NCBI GenBank assembly: GCA_046583315.1
Contig: JAYGCN010000214.1
Span: forward strand, 1-34,228
Reading direction: 5' to 3'
Origin: Candidatus Hydrogenedentota bacterium
GTDB taxonomy: Bacteria > Hydrogenedentota > Hydrogenedentia > Hydrogenedentales > GCA-2746185
Length of the DNA: 34,228 bases
The notes under the pieces: generated by a model
Told to the model about the DNA's origin: nothing
Database searches by the model: none
The model's input: the letters and a program-made list of their open reading frames with translations, nothing else
Translations under genes and position numbers: made by a program
Shown: piece after piece, positions 10,638-21,438 of the stretch
How the letters are laid out: each line of letters begins with the position of its first letter
Numbering within the stretch: position 1 is the first letter of the stretch

Positions 10638-11816
10638 ATGAAAACAGTGTTCCAGATACTACTTGCTGCACCCCTCTTCGCCAATCCCCCAAGCCACGCC
10701 CAATCCTTGACCGAGCGCGATACCCTGCTCGAAGACTGGGGAGGTCTCCGAAGTCATCTCGCCGAAAAAGGCCTCTCCTTCGAGCTTGTGTACACCGCCG
10801 AATATTTCGAAAATCTCAACGGCGGCATCAACGAGGGCGGCGACTACCGCGGCGACATCAGTCTCTTCGCAACGCTCGATACATCAACAGCCGGCTGGTG
10901 GGACAACGGAGAATTTTTCCTGCACCTGCAGCAACAACACGGCGAAGGAATCACCGAACGATACACCGGCGATTTCCAGGTGCTCTCCAACATAGACGCC
11001 GATGACTACTTACAGATTTCCGAAATCTGGTATCGCCACACCTTCGCATCCGATCGCGCCTGGCTGAAAATCGGTAAAATGGAATCGAACGCGGATTTTG
11101 CATTCGTCGACTACGCCGCCGAATTCCTAAACTCCTCCCCCGGCTTCAGTCCAACCATCCCCCTGACCACCTATCCCGATCAGGACTGGGGAATCGTCCT
11201 CGGACTCCAACCCAACGACCGCTTTTCCGTCAACATGGGCGTCTACCAAGGTCGACCCAACGGTGGTCACGCCATCGGCACGACCATTGACAACCTCTAC
11301 GGACCGATGGTGATGATCGAACCCGCACTGCATTACGACTTCAATAATAAGCCGGGCCATCTCCGCTTCGGCGCGTGGTGGAACGGTGACCACGTAGAGG
11401 ATGTAGACGGTAGCGGAAAAATTCACGATTCATCCGAAGGCATCTACCTTACCTGGGATCAAGAACTGATCAGCGAAAATGATGAGGACGAGCAAGGGCT
11501 GGGTATCTTCGCGCAACTCGGATTCTCGGACGAAGACACCGCCGAAGCCAAAAATTACTACGGTGCCGGACTACAATGGACAGGCCCTGTCGACAATCGC
11601 GACGAGGATATTCTCGGATTCGGCATATTCCACGTCGAACTCTCCGATGAAGCAGGATTCGCCGAAGACAACGAGACTACCCTCGAACTTTACTACAAAG
11701 CGCAGCTCACACCCTGGAGTAGCATCAAGCCCGACATCCAATACATTGCGAATCCCGGCGGCACAACGAATGATGACGCGCTCGCGATAGGAGCCCGGTT
11801 GGAGATTCTATTTTAG
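10638..11816 (+). CDS. OprB-family carbohydrate-selective porin
   Basis: Signal peptide; DWGGLRS.L.EKG; SNIDA; KPDIQYIANPGG; C-terminal Phe; GGGAGG SD before ATG 10638. Confidence 0.88.
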   Translation: MKTVFQILLAAPLFANPPSHAQSLTERDTLLEDWGGLRSHLAEKGLSFELVYTAEYFENLNGGINEGGDYRGDISLFATLDTSTAGWWDNGEFFLHLQQQHGEGITERYTGDFQVLSNIDADDYLQISEIWYRHTFASDRAWLKIGKMESNADFAFVDYAAEFLNSSPGFSPTIPLTTYPDQDWGIVLGLQPNDRFSVNMGVYQGRPNGGHAIGTTIDNLYGPMVMIEPALHYDFNNKPGHLRFGAWWNGDHVEDVDGSGKIHDSSEGIYLTWDQELISENDEDEQGLGIFAQLGFSDEDTAEAKNYYGAGLQWTGPVDNRDEDILGFGIFHVELSDEAGFAEDNETTLELYYKAQLTPWSSIKPDIQYIANPGGTTNDDALAIGARLEILF

Positions 11817-11888
11817 CCATCGCTCGGCGGCAAGGCCCTCCAGCAACTCTCACATCTCGTCTTCATCAATAACACTTTTGAATCCTCG

Positions 11889-13489
11889 TTATCGATGCCG
11901 GGCGTAGCGCGCAATAAGTGGTGTCGATGCAAAGGGCAAGTATGCCGCAACCGTAACGATTAACGCCATTGCGAAGAAGTTCGCGTCCCATTTGTCCAGA
12001 TCGTTTACATTGAGCAACAAGTAGACACAGAACATGATCAACGGCGCAAACACCCAAATCCACGGACGGGCCGTGAGTAATTGATTCAAACCCGCATAGA
12101 TCCATGCGATAAATACCGGTGCAATGGTCAAAACAATTACCAGACGATTGGCCCAAATTGGCAGGTCCTGACTATACAGCAAATCACCGAAATCGAGAAC
12201 AAAATAAAACATGGTATACAGATAAACCCCGAAAATCGCCAACGGAAACGTCGTCGTACACCAAAGCGCACACCACACCAGAACAACCGTCCCGAGATAA
12301 CCCAGATAGACGAGCATCAGCACCCGAAGAATCGAAGACATATCCCCTACGAGCTCGCGCGAATCCGTCAACAACAAATAGCCCCCTACAAAAAAACGAT
12401 GATGAGTTGAAACAAAATCGCGGGCGACAAGATGTACGAAGTCATGCTACGCACCCGTGCTTCCGCCAGGGCCAACGTGGAAACAGGTTTGGTAAAGGTG
12501 AACGCCTTGATCTCAGTCTCATAACGACGATAGTTGATGAGGCCGATCACCAATCCCGAAAACGTGGCCGCTGCGATCAAGCACATAGCAACTATTTGCA
12601 ACACATCGGTGAAATTTCCCGAAGACATGTAAAAACCTTCCTCGATCATCCAGAGGGGCAGCGTAACGACAAGAATCGCCAAAAAACTCCCGAACAACAC
12701 ATTGCGCATGTAGCGTTTTTCCAACCAGACCAGAGCCTCCTGCGTACTGAGGAACTTGTCGAAACCCCGCTCATACCGCTTGTCCGCCGAATCAAGAAAC
12801 AGCTTCGTCAGCGACCCAAATTGCGCGTAAACGGGAATCCGCTCATTGAACCGCGCGTAACGCAACGCATACCCACACAGCGGCGGGAGGACTACTACGG
12901 AAATCGCGAAGACGGTCCAATAAATAAAAGAGCTCATGAAAGAAAAATTCTGTACCACAAAGTTGTAGGTAAACACCTGATATCCAACAACCACCAGATA
13001 CGCAATCGTTATCCATGTATTCGATACCCAGGCCACAACCTGAAGCAACAAATAGACCAGTACGACAAAGGACAAGGCATGCCACAAACTGCCGGGCATC
13101 CCCATAAGCGGTTGAAAATCCGGCGGTCGAATTGTGTGATAATGAATCCAATAGAAGAAAGTAGAGAGTATGGTCAACGAGAAGATATTCAGAACGATTC
13201 TGGTAAAAGCAAGCAACCTGGGCTTCACCGGAAGTCGCAAATAATACCCGTTCATCGAAAACTGCAGATCAGAATTCGTGCTGTGCGATACCAATAAGAG
13301 AAGCATATTCGCAAAAATTCCGACGTACATGATTACGAGAATGTCGTCATAGAATCCCTGTTCCGTGTTGCGAAAAATAATCTGCCACGCCAGATCGATA
13401 CTTGCAAACAACAAAGTGATCGGGACGACTGTCTTGAAGACGCGTCGAAAATGCTCCCATGCCAGAATCTTCACGTGCACGGGGTTCAT
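11889..13489 (-). pseudogene. Multi-pass membrane protein (probable ABC permease), frameshifted at T7 tract ~12390-12396
   Basis: Hydrophobic ORFs 12386..13489 and 11889..12377 join in frame (IIVFFVGGYLLLTDSRE) if the T7 run is T8; overlaps the ABC ATPase stop (ATGA). Confidence 0.7.
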
Positions 13490-14409
13490 GATGTTGCACC
13501 TTTTGAATCAATCGAACTGGACCGCTTCGAGTACGCAATAAACACATCCTCCAGGCTCGGCGACGACTGCTCCACAATACGCCCGCCCAAAGTCTGCGCA
13601 TGAGCCTTCGCCGCTTCCAGCTCACCATCGCAAATCACCGTCCACTCCTTGCCCTGACCATGACAACTCAGCGCGCCAGTGATGGTCGGCCTGGATGCAA
13701 GTGCAGTATCAAAATGCACGATCAATCGATGGTGATTCTCCCGAATATTGTCCATCGTGTCGCACAACACCACCTTTCCCTCCGATATCATCGCAATATC
13801 ATCAGACACCCGCTCCACTTCCTCCAACAAGTGAGACGAAAAGAAAACGGTCCGGCCTTCATCCGCCACCATGCGCACTATCGCTCCAAGAATATCGCGT
13901 CGCACAATCGCATCCAGCCCCGACGACGGCTCATCCAGCAACAACAGCTCCGGACGATGCGCCAGCGCCGCCAATAATCCCGCCTGCGCTTTTTCCCCGC
14001 GCGAAAGATTCTTGATCTTCGCTTTCGGATCCAGCCGAAAGGTATCGAGTAAATCGCTCGCAAACGCCTCGTCCCATTTCGGATAAAACGCCTGCGTGAA
14101 TCGCATCAACTCATGAACTCGCATCCAGCCGGGCATTTCGCGATCCTCCGAAAGATAGCCTATCTTGCCGAGCACAGATTCCGCTTGTGCAACAGGATCG
14201 CGACCAAATACCCGAACCGACCCCTTCTTCGCACGCAACGATCCCAGAATGTGTTTGATGAGCGTGCTCTTGCCCGCACCATTCTCCCCAAGCAAACCGA
14301 ACACACGGCCCGGTCGCGCGCTAAGCGAAACATTGTCCAACGCCACCTTGCGCCGATACTTTCGAGTGAGCCCTTCGATTTCAATGACTGGTCTACTATT
14401 CTCAATCAT
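13486..14409 (-). CDS. ABC transporter ATP-binding protein (YtrB-like)
   Basis: Walker A GENGAGKS, signature LSRGE, Walker B LLLLDEP, H-loop SSH. Confidence 0.95.
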   Translation of the reverse strand: MIENSRPVIEIEGLTRKYRRKVALDNVSLSARPGRVFGLLGENGAGKSTLIKHILGSLRAKKGSVRVFGRDPVAQAESVLGKIGYLSEDREMPGWMRVHELMRFTQAFYPKWDEAFASDLLDTFRLDPKAKIKNLSRGEKAQAGLLAALAHRPELLLLDEPSSGLDAIVRRDILGAIVRMVADEGRTVFFSSHLLEEVERVSDDIAMISEGKVVLCDTMDNIRENHHRLIVHFDTALASRPTITGALSCHGQGKEWTVICDGELEAAKAHAQTLGGRIVEQSSPSLEDVFIAYSKRSSSIDSKGATS

Positions 14410-14804
14410 GACTCTTCTCCCTGTTGTTCCAGCGCATCGAAACGATGACGAATAATTTCCAAAAGTGTGTCGGATTCAATGTCGAGATTCGACGCTTCGG
14501 ATACCAGCCGATCCGCGCTCTCCGTGAGAATGCGCAATTTCTCATCGTGCGCCAATGGGGACGATCCGTTCGGATTCACGATAGTGCCCGACCCCTGCTT
14601 GGAGACCACGATGCCCTCAGTCTCCAGATCTCGATAGGCCCGCGCGACGGTATTGGGATTAATCAGGAGCACCTTGGCCAACTGACGAATCGGGAGCAGC
14701 TCCTCCCCCGGCTCCAGCCTGCCCGAGGCGACCAGATACTTGACTTGACGCATGATCTGGCGGTAAATCGGCACGCCATCCTTTGGTGAAACACGAATAT
14801 TCAT
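14406..14804 (-). CDS. GntR family regulator, YtrA subfamily
   Basis: PIYRQI...L.PGEELLPIRQLA..L.INPNTVARAYRDLE.EG; short C-domain; heads an ABC operon. Confidence 0.92.
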   Translation of the reverse strand: MNIRVSPKDGVPIYRQIMRQVKYLVASGRLEPGEELLPIRQLAKVLLINPNTVARAYRDLETEGIVVSKQGSGTIVNPNGSSPLAHDEKLRILTESADRLVSEASNLDIESDTLLEIIRHRFDALEQQGEES

Positions 14805-14821
14805 GACCAACAATCTCAAAA

Positions 14822-14859
14822 TGTATTAGTACTTTAATACAATTTAAGCCAACTGTCAA
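14822..14859 (-). promoter_or_regulatory. Sigma70 promoter overlapped by a YtrA-type operator
   Basis: Minus strand TTGACA (14859-14854), 17 bp spacer, TAAAGT (14836-14831); inverted repeat TGTATTA-N6-TAATACA at 14822-14841 covers the -10. Confidence 0.82.
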
Positions 14860-14862
14860 GCG

Positions 14863-14903
14863 AAAAAAATCAGGCCCCAACAATCTTCTGCTGAGGCCTG
14901 ATT
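14863..14903 (-). terminator. Intrinsic terminator after the ECF sigma fusion gene
   Basis: Minus strand AATCAGGCCTCAGCA...TGTTGGGGCCTGATT hairpin followed by a T run. Confidence 0.75.
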
Positions 14904-14928
14904 CCGTTCCACAATATTCGATTTTATA

Positions 14929-17144
14929 TCAATATGCCAAATACGGCCCAATCTGATCATTCCAATTATCATGCAGTACATACTCCACGTGACCATCGAC
15001 AAAAAATACGTTTCGACCACCGCTGCCACTGCATTCGTCGATTTGGATCATGATGGGAATACGAGATATATAGGTGCGTCTATCGACGTCCTCCACGGGA
15101 TACCATAAACCGCCGCTTCGATTGCCATCCAGTCGTGGCGATTTGTTGCCGGAAACACCACTTCATAACTCAACAGTCCAAGCTCACCAGCAGGACAGGT
15201 CAATACGGCCAAGTCAGATATGTATTCTGGATAGATCTGTCGAAAACCACCCGGAAAGTATTCGCCTTTGCTTTCATTTTTATACATCTTGAACGAAAGG
15301 CCCAACTGCTTCAGGTTGTTCGCGCACGAGGCCCGCAGAGCGGACTTCTGAGTCGCCGTCAGACTTTGAGCGTATGTCGCCGCGTCACCGTAAATGGCAT
15401 CCCTCAAGGAACCACCGTCGCCCGCTTCCAAAGCAAACTCATGCGTTTCATTTTCCAGACGCAGCACCGTACTTCCGCCGGGAAAATAATCGCCCCAAGC
15501 CAACATTAAGCCCTCTTCCAGATCAATCAGATATCCCGGATCTCCCGTTTCAATAAAATTATGTTGATTCACGAAATTATTCGCATTCGGATCATATACT
15601 CGATCTTGAACGCCCAGATACTCCACAGGCATGGGAAAGTAAGTGAGTGTTTCATCGTCAGATTTCGCAATCAGACTTTCGTCCTGTAAATATTTTGGGT
15701 ACAACACTTCAAGAGACGAAGGTACAGTGCTCGATTCGGCTATGTACTTACTGACAGCCTGTTGGATAGCGCTAAGTTTTTCTCGCGCAATTTCGATTGC
15801 TTGTTCCTTGCTCTGATCCGATGCATCCATTCGCTCCAAACGGAGCGTCCAATTCTCAAGGGGGGCCGAACCATCAGAGGTATCCAATACACCAGAGACG
15901 ACGAGTACATCAAAATCCCCGGAAAAATCACCTTCCAATCGTCCAAGTGACGTGGCTTCATCCTGATCGGAATACTTCTGAATAAGTTCAAACCCCACTA
16001 TCGTGCCATGAACCTCCCCCTCCGCCGTTACCGCTGCCAATGCGCCCGTGTTCGCGATCGTCAAGCGCGTGCCTTCGCGAATCATTTTCGCTATTCCCAG
16101 CATCTGAAATTGATCTTCTCTCCCGGTCTCACCGCCGTATACACGCCAATCGCCCTCCAGCGAAGGCATGCCCTCGTTCGGATCCACAACTTCTATCACT
16201 TGGTCGGCGGATTCAGGTTCGTCCTCAAGGGCGGCGGCAAGAACGATATCGAATTCGGCAATCGCTTCCGGGCCTGTATTAAATTCGAACACTTCGAACT
16301 GGGTTTCTTCCGCTACGACTTCTGAGTCAGAGGCGTCTTCGCCCTGCGTTGCCGAAATGGGAACCGCCATGGCCGCGACCGAAGCGCCGCCATTTGACGG
16401 ACTCGGTTGCGGATTCAACATCACCGCCGCTGTCACTACGCTTGCCACCAACACACCCGTCGCAATGGCCTTTTCACTCAACAAAGAGCTCGCCGCCACA
16501 CTCGCCCAGCCGCTCCCACTTGCTTTCCACGTCAATCCCGATGCCGTAATTGCACTCATGATGATTCTCCTGTGATTCGCGGAATCGTGTTCCGCAGCCG
16601 GGATGAGTTTCAGTTCGTGGATCAATTTTACGCCCAGAGCTTCACGCGCACGTTGCAATCGCTTCAGCACCGCAGCCTGAGATACGCCCATCGTCTTGGC
16701 GATCTCCGCAGTAGACTGTCCCGAAAAGTAATGAAGCAGCAACACCTCGTGCGGAATCGGATCCAGCGCACGAATCTGCTACTCCAACACCTCGCGCATG
16801 TCATCGTACGCCGCCTCGTTGCGGTCAGGCCCTTCGGACTTCACCTGCGCCAACACTTCCGACTCACGTCGGCGACGCATATACCAGCTGCGCGAAAGAT
16901 TACGTGCGATCACGCTGACCCAGTGTCCGAATTTCTTCGGTTCCTGCAACGTGTTCAGCGATTGATAGGCTTTCAGAAATGCTTCCTGACTCAAATCCTC
17001 CGCGTCAGCGTGGTTTCGCGTATAACTGAACGCGATCCCGTAAACGACATTAAAATGCCGCCGTACCAACTCGTCGAAGCGATTTGGGCGACCCGCCATC
17101 ACCTGCGCGACCAGTCCCGCATCTGTGCGTAAAATCGTTAACAT
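14929..17144 (-). pseudogene. ECF sigma factor fused to TM segment and extracytoplasmic DUF1559/H-X9-DG-like tail; in-frame TAG at 16779-16781 and frameshift near 15097
   Basis: Sigma region 2 (DAEDLSQEAFLKAY...FGHWVSVIARN) continues in frame past TAG into region 4 (LHYFSGQSTAEIA...KRLQRARE), a hydrophobic segment, then ASCANNLKQLGL; adding one base near 15097 gives GRNVFFVDGHVEY...GPYLAY* ending 14929. Confidence 0.78.
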
Positions 17145-17254
17145 CTCACGTATCCTGATTTCTCATCATACCAATTTTAGAGTGTTCATCCGGATGAACT
17201 ACCTAAACGACCGCCTGCCCAATCAGTCTATGACAAATTTCTCGTCCCATGATC

Positions 17255-17289
17255 AAAAAAAGGCCCCGCACTCACCAGAGTACGGGGCC
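17255..17289 (-). terminator. Intrinsic terminator after the redoxin gene
   Basis: Minus strand GGCCCCGTACTC-TGGT-GAGTGCGGGGCC followed by TTTTTTT. Confidence 0.85.
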
Positions 17290-17311
17290 GAGAATGAACC
17301 AAATTTCGCCT

Positions 17312-18463
17312 CTAGTCGGACTTATTATCAATAAAGTCGACCGGCGCATAATAGTCTTTTCCGTTCAGCGTCTGAACTTTTTTCATCCAGTTGCTGCCAG
17401 CCTCTGCCGGGGTAAAAGACCAATCCTGACGGTGATAATTCCAGCTGTCCGCATTGAGCTTCTGAGCCGCTTCCCAATACTGGTTCGCCTTGGCTTCGTC
17501 ACCCTGCTGATGAAAATAGACCCCTAGCTTGAAATTCGCCTCGGCCAAATTCTTATCCGATGTTTTCGCGCCTAGTTTCGCCGCCATCTCATCAGGGGAC
17601 TTCACGTATTCGCTGTTCGAACCCTTCGCAACCCAGTCTCGCACGCCCGGCACGTAATCATTCGTACCGAACTCTATCGTGCCCATCTTGTGCTCTTCGG
17701 CATAGGTGCCTTCATCCGAACGCACCATCATACCTTCTTCATCAATCCACACCGCCGATGGAACATTCACAAGATTGAAAAGGGAACTGATGCGATGATT
17801 CTCGTCGATCAATTGAACAAACGAAGCCTTCGCCAAGTCATAAAACTTTCCAGCCGCTTCTTCACCGCCCGTATCCTGCGCAGCGCCAATCAATACGAAA
17901 TCCTGATCCTTCAACTCATCATGAACTTTCTGCCAACCTGACAGATCAAGTCGGCAGCCTCACCACGAAGCCCACGTCATGATCACCACTTTCTTGCCGC
18001 GATAATCGGAAAGTCGAACGATATTTCCTTCACGATCTTTCATCGCGAAATCGGGCGCCATGCCCTTGGCAACAGAAGTCGTCCGTGCAGCAGGCACTTC
18101 TCCAAAACTCCACACCGACGAATCCTGGTCAACAGCCACGCCCTGCTGAAGAATCCGCGCAATGGCCGAAGCCTTCACCCATTTCTGTCCAAGACGCGTG
18201 ACAAACTTATCGTTATCTGAATCCTGTTTGATGGGAATGCAGATATCTTCAAAACAAGCACCCTCCGGTTTCAGTACGAACCCAGTAATACGCGTCAAAT
18301 CCGCTGGCGTAACCCAGAGGTCCACCGGATCTGCGAGCGTATCACTCAGTTCCACTACGCTGTCGTTAAACAAGACGGTCGTAGATGCTTGGGCCACCAT
18401 CGTAATGCCTCCCAACGAAACACACATTGTTATTATCAACAACTTTCGGAACAATTCAATCAT
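17312..18463 (-). CDS. Probable selenoprotein: ResA/TlpA-like redoxin (WASW-U-GC), UGA at 17962-17960, TPR-like C-terminus
   Basis: ORFs 17960..18559 and 17312..17914 are in one frame separated only by TGA: APDFAMKDREGNIVRLSDYRGKKVVIMTWASW-U-GCRLDLSGWQ; 12 bp hairpin immediately 3'; AAGGAG SD before ATG 18463. Confidence 0.87.
17930..17957 (-). promoter_or_regulatory. Candidate SECIS hairpin
   Basis: CTGCCGACTTGA-TCTG-TCAGGTTGGCAG: 12 bp stem (two G-U pairs) starting 3 nt after the UGA. Confidence 0.6.
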
Positions 18464-18655
18464 GGTACGGCTCCTTACCAATAGTAATGTCAGGCCAAGA
18501 TTCTCGCAAAATCCCGACAACGTGTCAATAAAACAAATTATTCTCCGGGAACCTATCACGTTCTACCGAGATTGATCTAAGGAGAAGGAGATAAATGGTC
18601 GGGATATTGCTATTTGAGTTTGTTTTCAAGACAATTAGGTTAGAAGGAGTCTCCT

Positions 18656-20287
18656 ATGACCGTTGGCCAGTATCTGCTTAAACGACTTGAAGAAGCCGGC
18701 ATGCAACACATGTTCGGCGTACCCGGGGATTACATCCTCGATTTCTATGACCAATTGATGGCGAGTCCCATCGAATTCGTGGGTACCTGTTCCGAACAAG
18801 GTGCCGGATTCGCTGCCGATGCCTACGCGCGCGTCAACGGGCTCGGCGCCGTCTGCGTCACCTACTGCGTCGGAGGGTTCAACGCACTCAACGCCGTCGC
18901 CGGTGCCTACGCGGAAAAATCCCCGCTGATCATCATCTCCGGCATCCCAGGCCTCGAAGAACGACAAGGCCACCCCCTGCTCCACCACCAGGTGCGAAGT
19001 CTCAATACCCAACTCCAAATTTTCGAACGCGTCACCGCTGCAGCCATCACCATCGAAGATCCAAAACTCGCGCCCCGCCAGATCGACGACGTCATCGAAA
19101 CCTGTCTGCGTGAAAAACGTCCCGTCTACATCGAATTCCCCCGCGACGTTCCCAAGATGCGGTGCGCCTCACCCAAAAAACGAGTCGTCGTACCGAATCC
19201 GGGATCATCGGAAACCCTCAAGGAAGCTCTCGAAGAAGCATCCACCATGATTCGCAAGGCCAAGAAACCCGTCATCCTCGGCGGCGTCGAAATCCATCGC
19301 TTCGGTTTACAGGACAAGCTCCTCAAGCTATCCGAAAAATCCGGCATCCCCGTCGCGGCCACCCTGCTCGGAAAATCCATCATTCGCGAAGATCATCCGC
19401 TCTACCTCGGGATCTACGAAGGCGCCATGGGACGACACGACGTTCAAAAATCCGTGGAAAGCTCCGACTGCGTCATCATCCTAGGCGCATTCATGACCGA
19501 CATCAACCTGGGCATTTACACCGCCTCACTCGATACCGCCCAATCCATCAACGCCAGCTCCGAACGCGTCTCCATCAAACATCACCACTACGAAGGCCTC
19601 GATCTCGGCCGATTTATCGATGGACTAGCCAAGGCCTCGAAACACCGGAAAAGCCCTCTGGTAAAGGCTAAAAAGGAACCCAGGCCCTTCAAACCCAAAC
19701 CCAACACCCCCGTCACCGTACGCCGATTCTTCCAACGCATCAACGAATTACTCGACAAAAAAACCATGGTCATCTGCGACATCGGAGACAGCCTTTTCGC
19801 CGCTTCAGACCTCACCATCAAGGCACGCACCGAATTTCTCAGTCCCGCCTACTACACCTCAATGGGATTCGCCATCCCAGCCGCCGTCGGCGCGCATGTG
19901 AACAAGAAGAACGTGCGGCCTATGGTCTTCGTTGGCGACGGTGCCTTCCAAATGACCGGCTTTGAATTGTCCACCATCGCAAAACTCGGACTCAACCCGA
20001 TCATCTTCGTAATGAACAACAAAGGATACACCACCGAACGTTTCATCTCCGACGGAGCCTTCAACGACATTCACAATTGGTCCTACCATAAGATGACAGA
20101 CCTGCTCCAAACCGGATGGGGTTGCGAAGTAAATACCGAAGGCGAATTGGAAGAAGCCTTCATCACCGCATTCAAAAACAAGAAGTCGTTCTCGCTCATC
20201 AACGTCCACCTCGATCCCTACGACCGCTCCGACTCCCTCGAACGCCTCGGAAAATGGATCGGCAAATCCAACGACGCCAAATCATGA
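18656..20287 (+). CDS. ThDP-dependent alpha-keto acid decarboxylase (pyruvate/indolepyruvate decarboxylase family)
   Basis: FGVPGDY, E..AGFAADAYARV, LLHH, GDGAFQMTG...NNKGYTTER ThDP-binding motif. Confidence 0.92.
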   Translation: MTVGQYLLKRLEEAGMQHMFGVPGDYILDFYDQLMASPIEFVGTCSEQGAGFAADAYARVNGLGAVCVTYCVGGFNALNAVAGAYAEKSPLIIISGIPGLEERQGHPLLHHQVRSLNTQLQIFERVTAAAITIEDPKLAPRQIDDVIETCLREKRPVYIEFPRDVPKMRCASPKKRVVVPNPGSSETLKEALEEASTMIRKAKKPVILGGVEIHRFGLQDKLLKLSEKSGIPVAATLLGKSIIREDHPLYLGIYEGAMGRHDVQKSVESSDCVIILGAFMTDINLGIYTASLDTAQSINASSERVSIKHHHYEGLDLGRFIDGLAKASKHRKSPLVKAKKEPRPFKPKPNTPVTVRRFFQRINELLDKKTMVICDIGDSLFAASDLTIKARTEFLSPAYYTSMGFAIPAAVGAHVNKKNVRPMVFVGDGAFQMTGFELSTIAKLGLNPIIFVMNNKGYTTERFISDGAFNDIHNWSYHKMTDLLQTGWGCEVNTEGELEEAFITAFKNKKSFSLINVHLDPYDRSDSLERLGKWIGKSNDAKS

Positions 20288-21390
20288 TTGTCGGCGTCCC
20301 TAAAGAGATCAAATCGGAAGAGGCCCGCGTCGCGCTCGTGCCGTCTGGAGTCGCCGCCTTCATCGAACACGGGCACACCGTCCTCATCGAGAAAGGAGCG
20401 GGTCTCGGTAGCGCGATCACCGACAAAAACTATCGCGATGCCGGTGCCAAAATCGTTTCCAAAGCCGAGGCACTATGGGACCGCGCCAAACTTATCATCA
20501 AAGTGAAAGAACCCATGGGCAAAGAACTCCGCTGGATGAACGACGCCCACATCGTTTACACCTACTTCCATCTCGCCTCGAACGAATCCTTAACCAAGGC
20601 CTTACTCAAAAAGAAGGTCACCGCCGTCGCCTATGAAACCATCCAACTCGACGACGGCTCCCTCCCCCTCCTCATCCCCATGAGCGAAGTCGCCGGACGT
20701 CTCGCGGTCCAAAAAGGCGCGCAATGCCTCGAATCCACCCAAGCGGGCATAGGTATTCTACTCAGCGGGGTCTCAGGCGTGCGTCCCGCAAACGTCGTCA
20801 TCCTGGGTGCCGGAATCGCTGGACTCAACGCCTGCCAAATCGCCGTCGGCATGGGTGCGCACGTCTCCATCCTCGACATCAACCCCGCACGACTCCGCTA
20901 CATACAAGATCTCATGGGCGGACACGTCACCACCGTAATGGCGAACACCGCGAACATAACAGAGGAAGTGTTGCAAGCCGATTTACTCATCTGCACCGTC
21001 CTGCGAACCGGCGCACGCACCCCCCAACTCGTCTCGCGAAAATTGGTCCGGCGCATGAAAAAGGGCTCGGCCATCGTCGACATCTCCATCGATCAAGGCG
21101 GCTGTTGCGAGACCTCCCATGCAACCACGCACGCCGATCCCACCTACATCGAACACGGCGTCATCCACTACTGCGTCTCCAACATGCCCGGCGCCGTACC
21201 AAGGACAGCCACCTACGCACTCACCAACGCGACGCTCCTTCACGGACTCGCCATCGCCGATCACGGAGTCGAAAATGCCATGCGCGATGATTCGGTGCTC
21301 GCTCGCGGACTCAACACCTATCGCGGAGAAGTCGCGCATCTCGCCGTAGCGGACACTTTCAAGCTCGACTGCCATCATCCCTTCCAATAA
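20284..21390 (+). CDS. ald: Alanine dehydrogenase
   Basis: MIVGVPKEIK..E.RVAL, KVKEP, YFHLA, AYETI, PMSEVAGR, DQGGCCETS, HYCVSNMPGAVP; ATGA overlap with upstream gene. Confidence 0.95.
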   Translation: MIVGVPKEIKSEEARVALVPSGVAAFIEHGHTVLIEKGAGLGSAITDKNYRDAGAKIVSKAEALWDRAKLIIKVKEPMGKELRWMNDAHIVYTYFHLASNESLTKALLKKKVTAVAYETIQLDDGSLPLLIPMSEVAGRLAVQKGAQCLESTQAGIGILLSGVSGVRPANVVILGAGIAGLNACQIAVGMGAHVSILDINPARLRYIQDLMGGHVTTVMANTANITEEVLQADLLICTVLRTGARTPQLVSRKLVRRMKKGSAIVDISIDQGGCCETSHATTHADPTYIEHGVIHYCVSNMPGAVPRTATYALTNATLLHGLAIADHGVENAMRDDSVLARGLNTYRGEVAHLAVADTFKLDCHHPFQ

Positions 21391-21438
21391 TCAGTACGGC
21401 ACAAGATTCGGAGATCGATCCCGTTCAGAACTCGACCA

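Noticed and set aside
12390..12396. Phase variation or programmed frameshift at the T7 tract in the permease
   Set aside because: The tract is short, other frameshifts occur outside such tracts, and a homopolymer sequencing error is more parsimonious.
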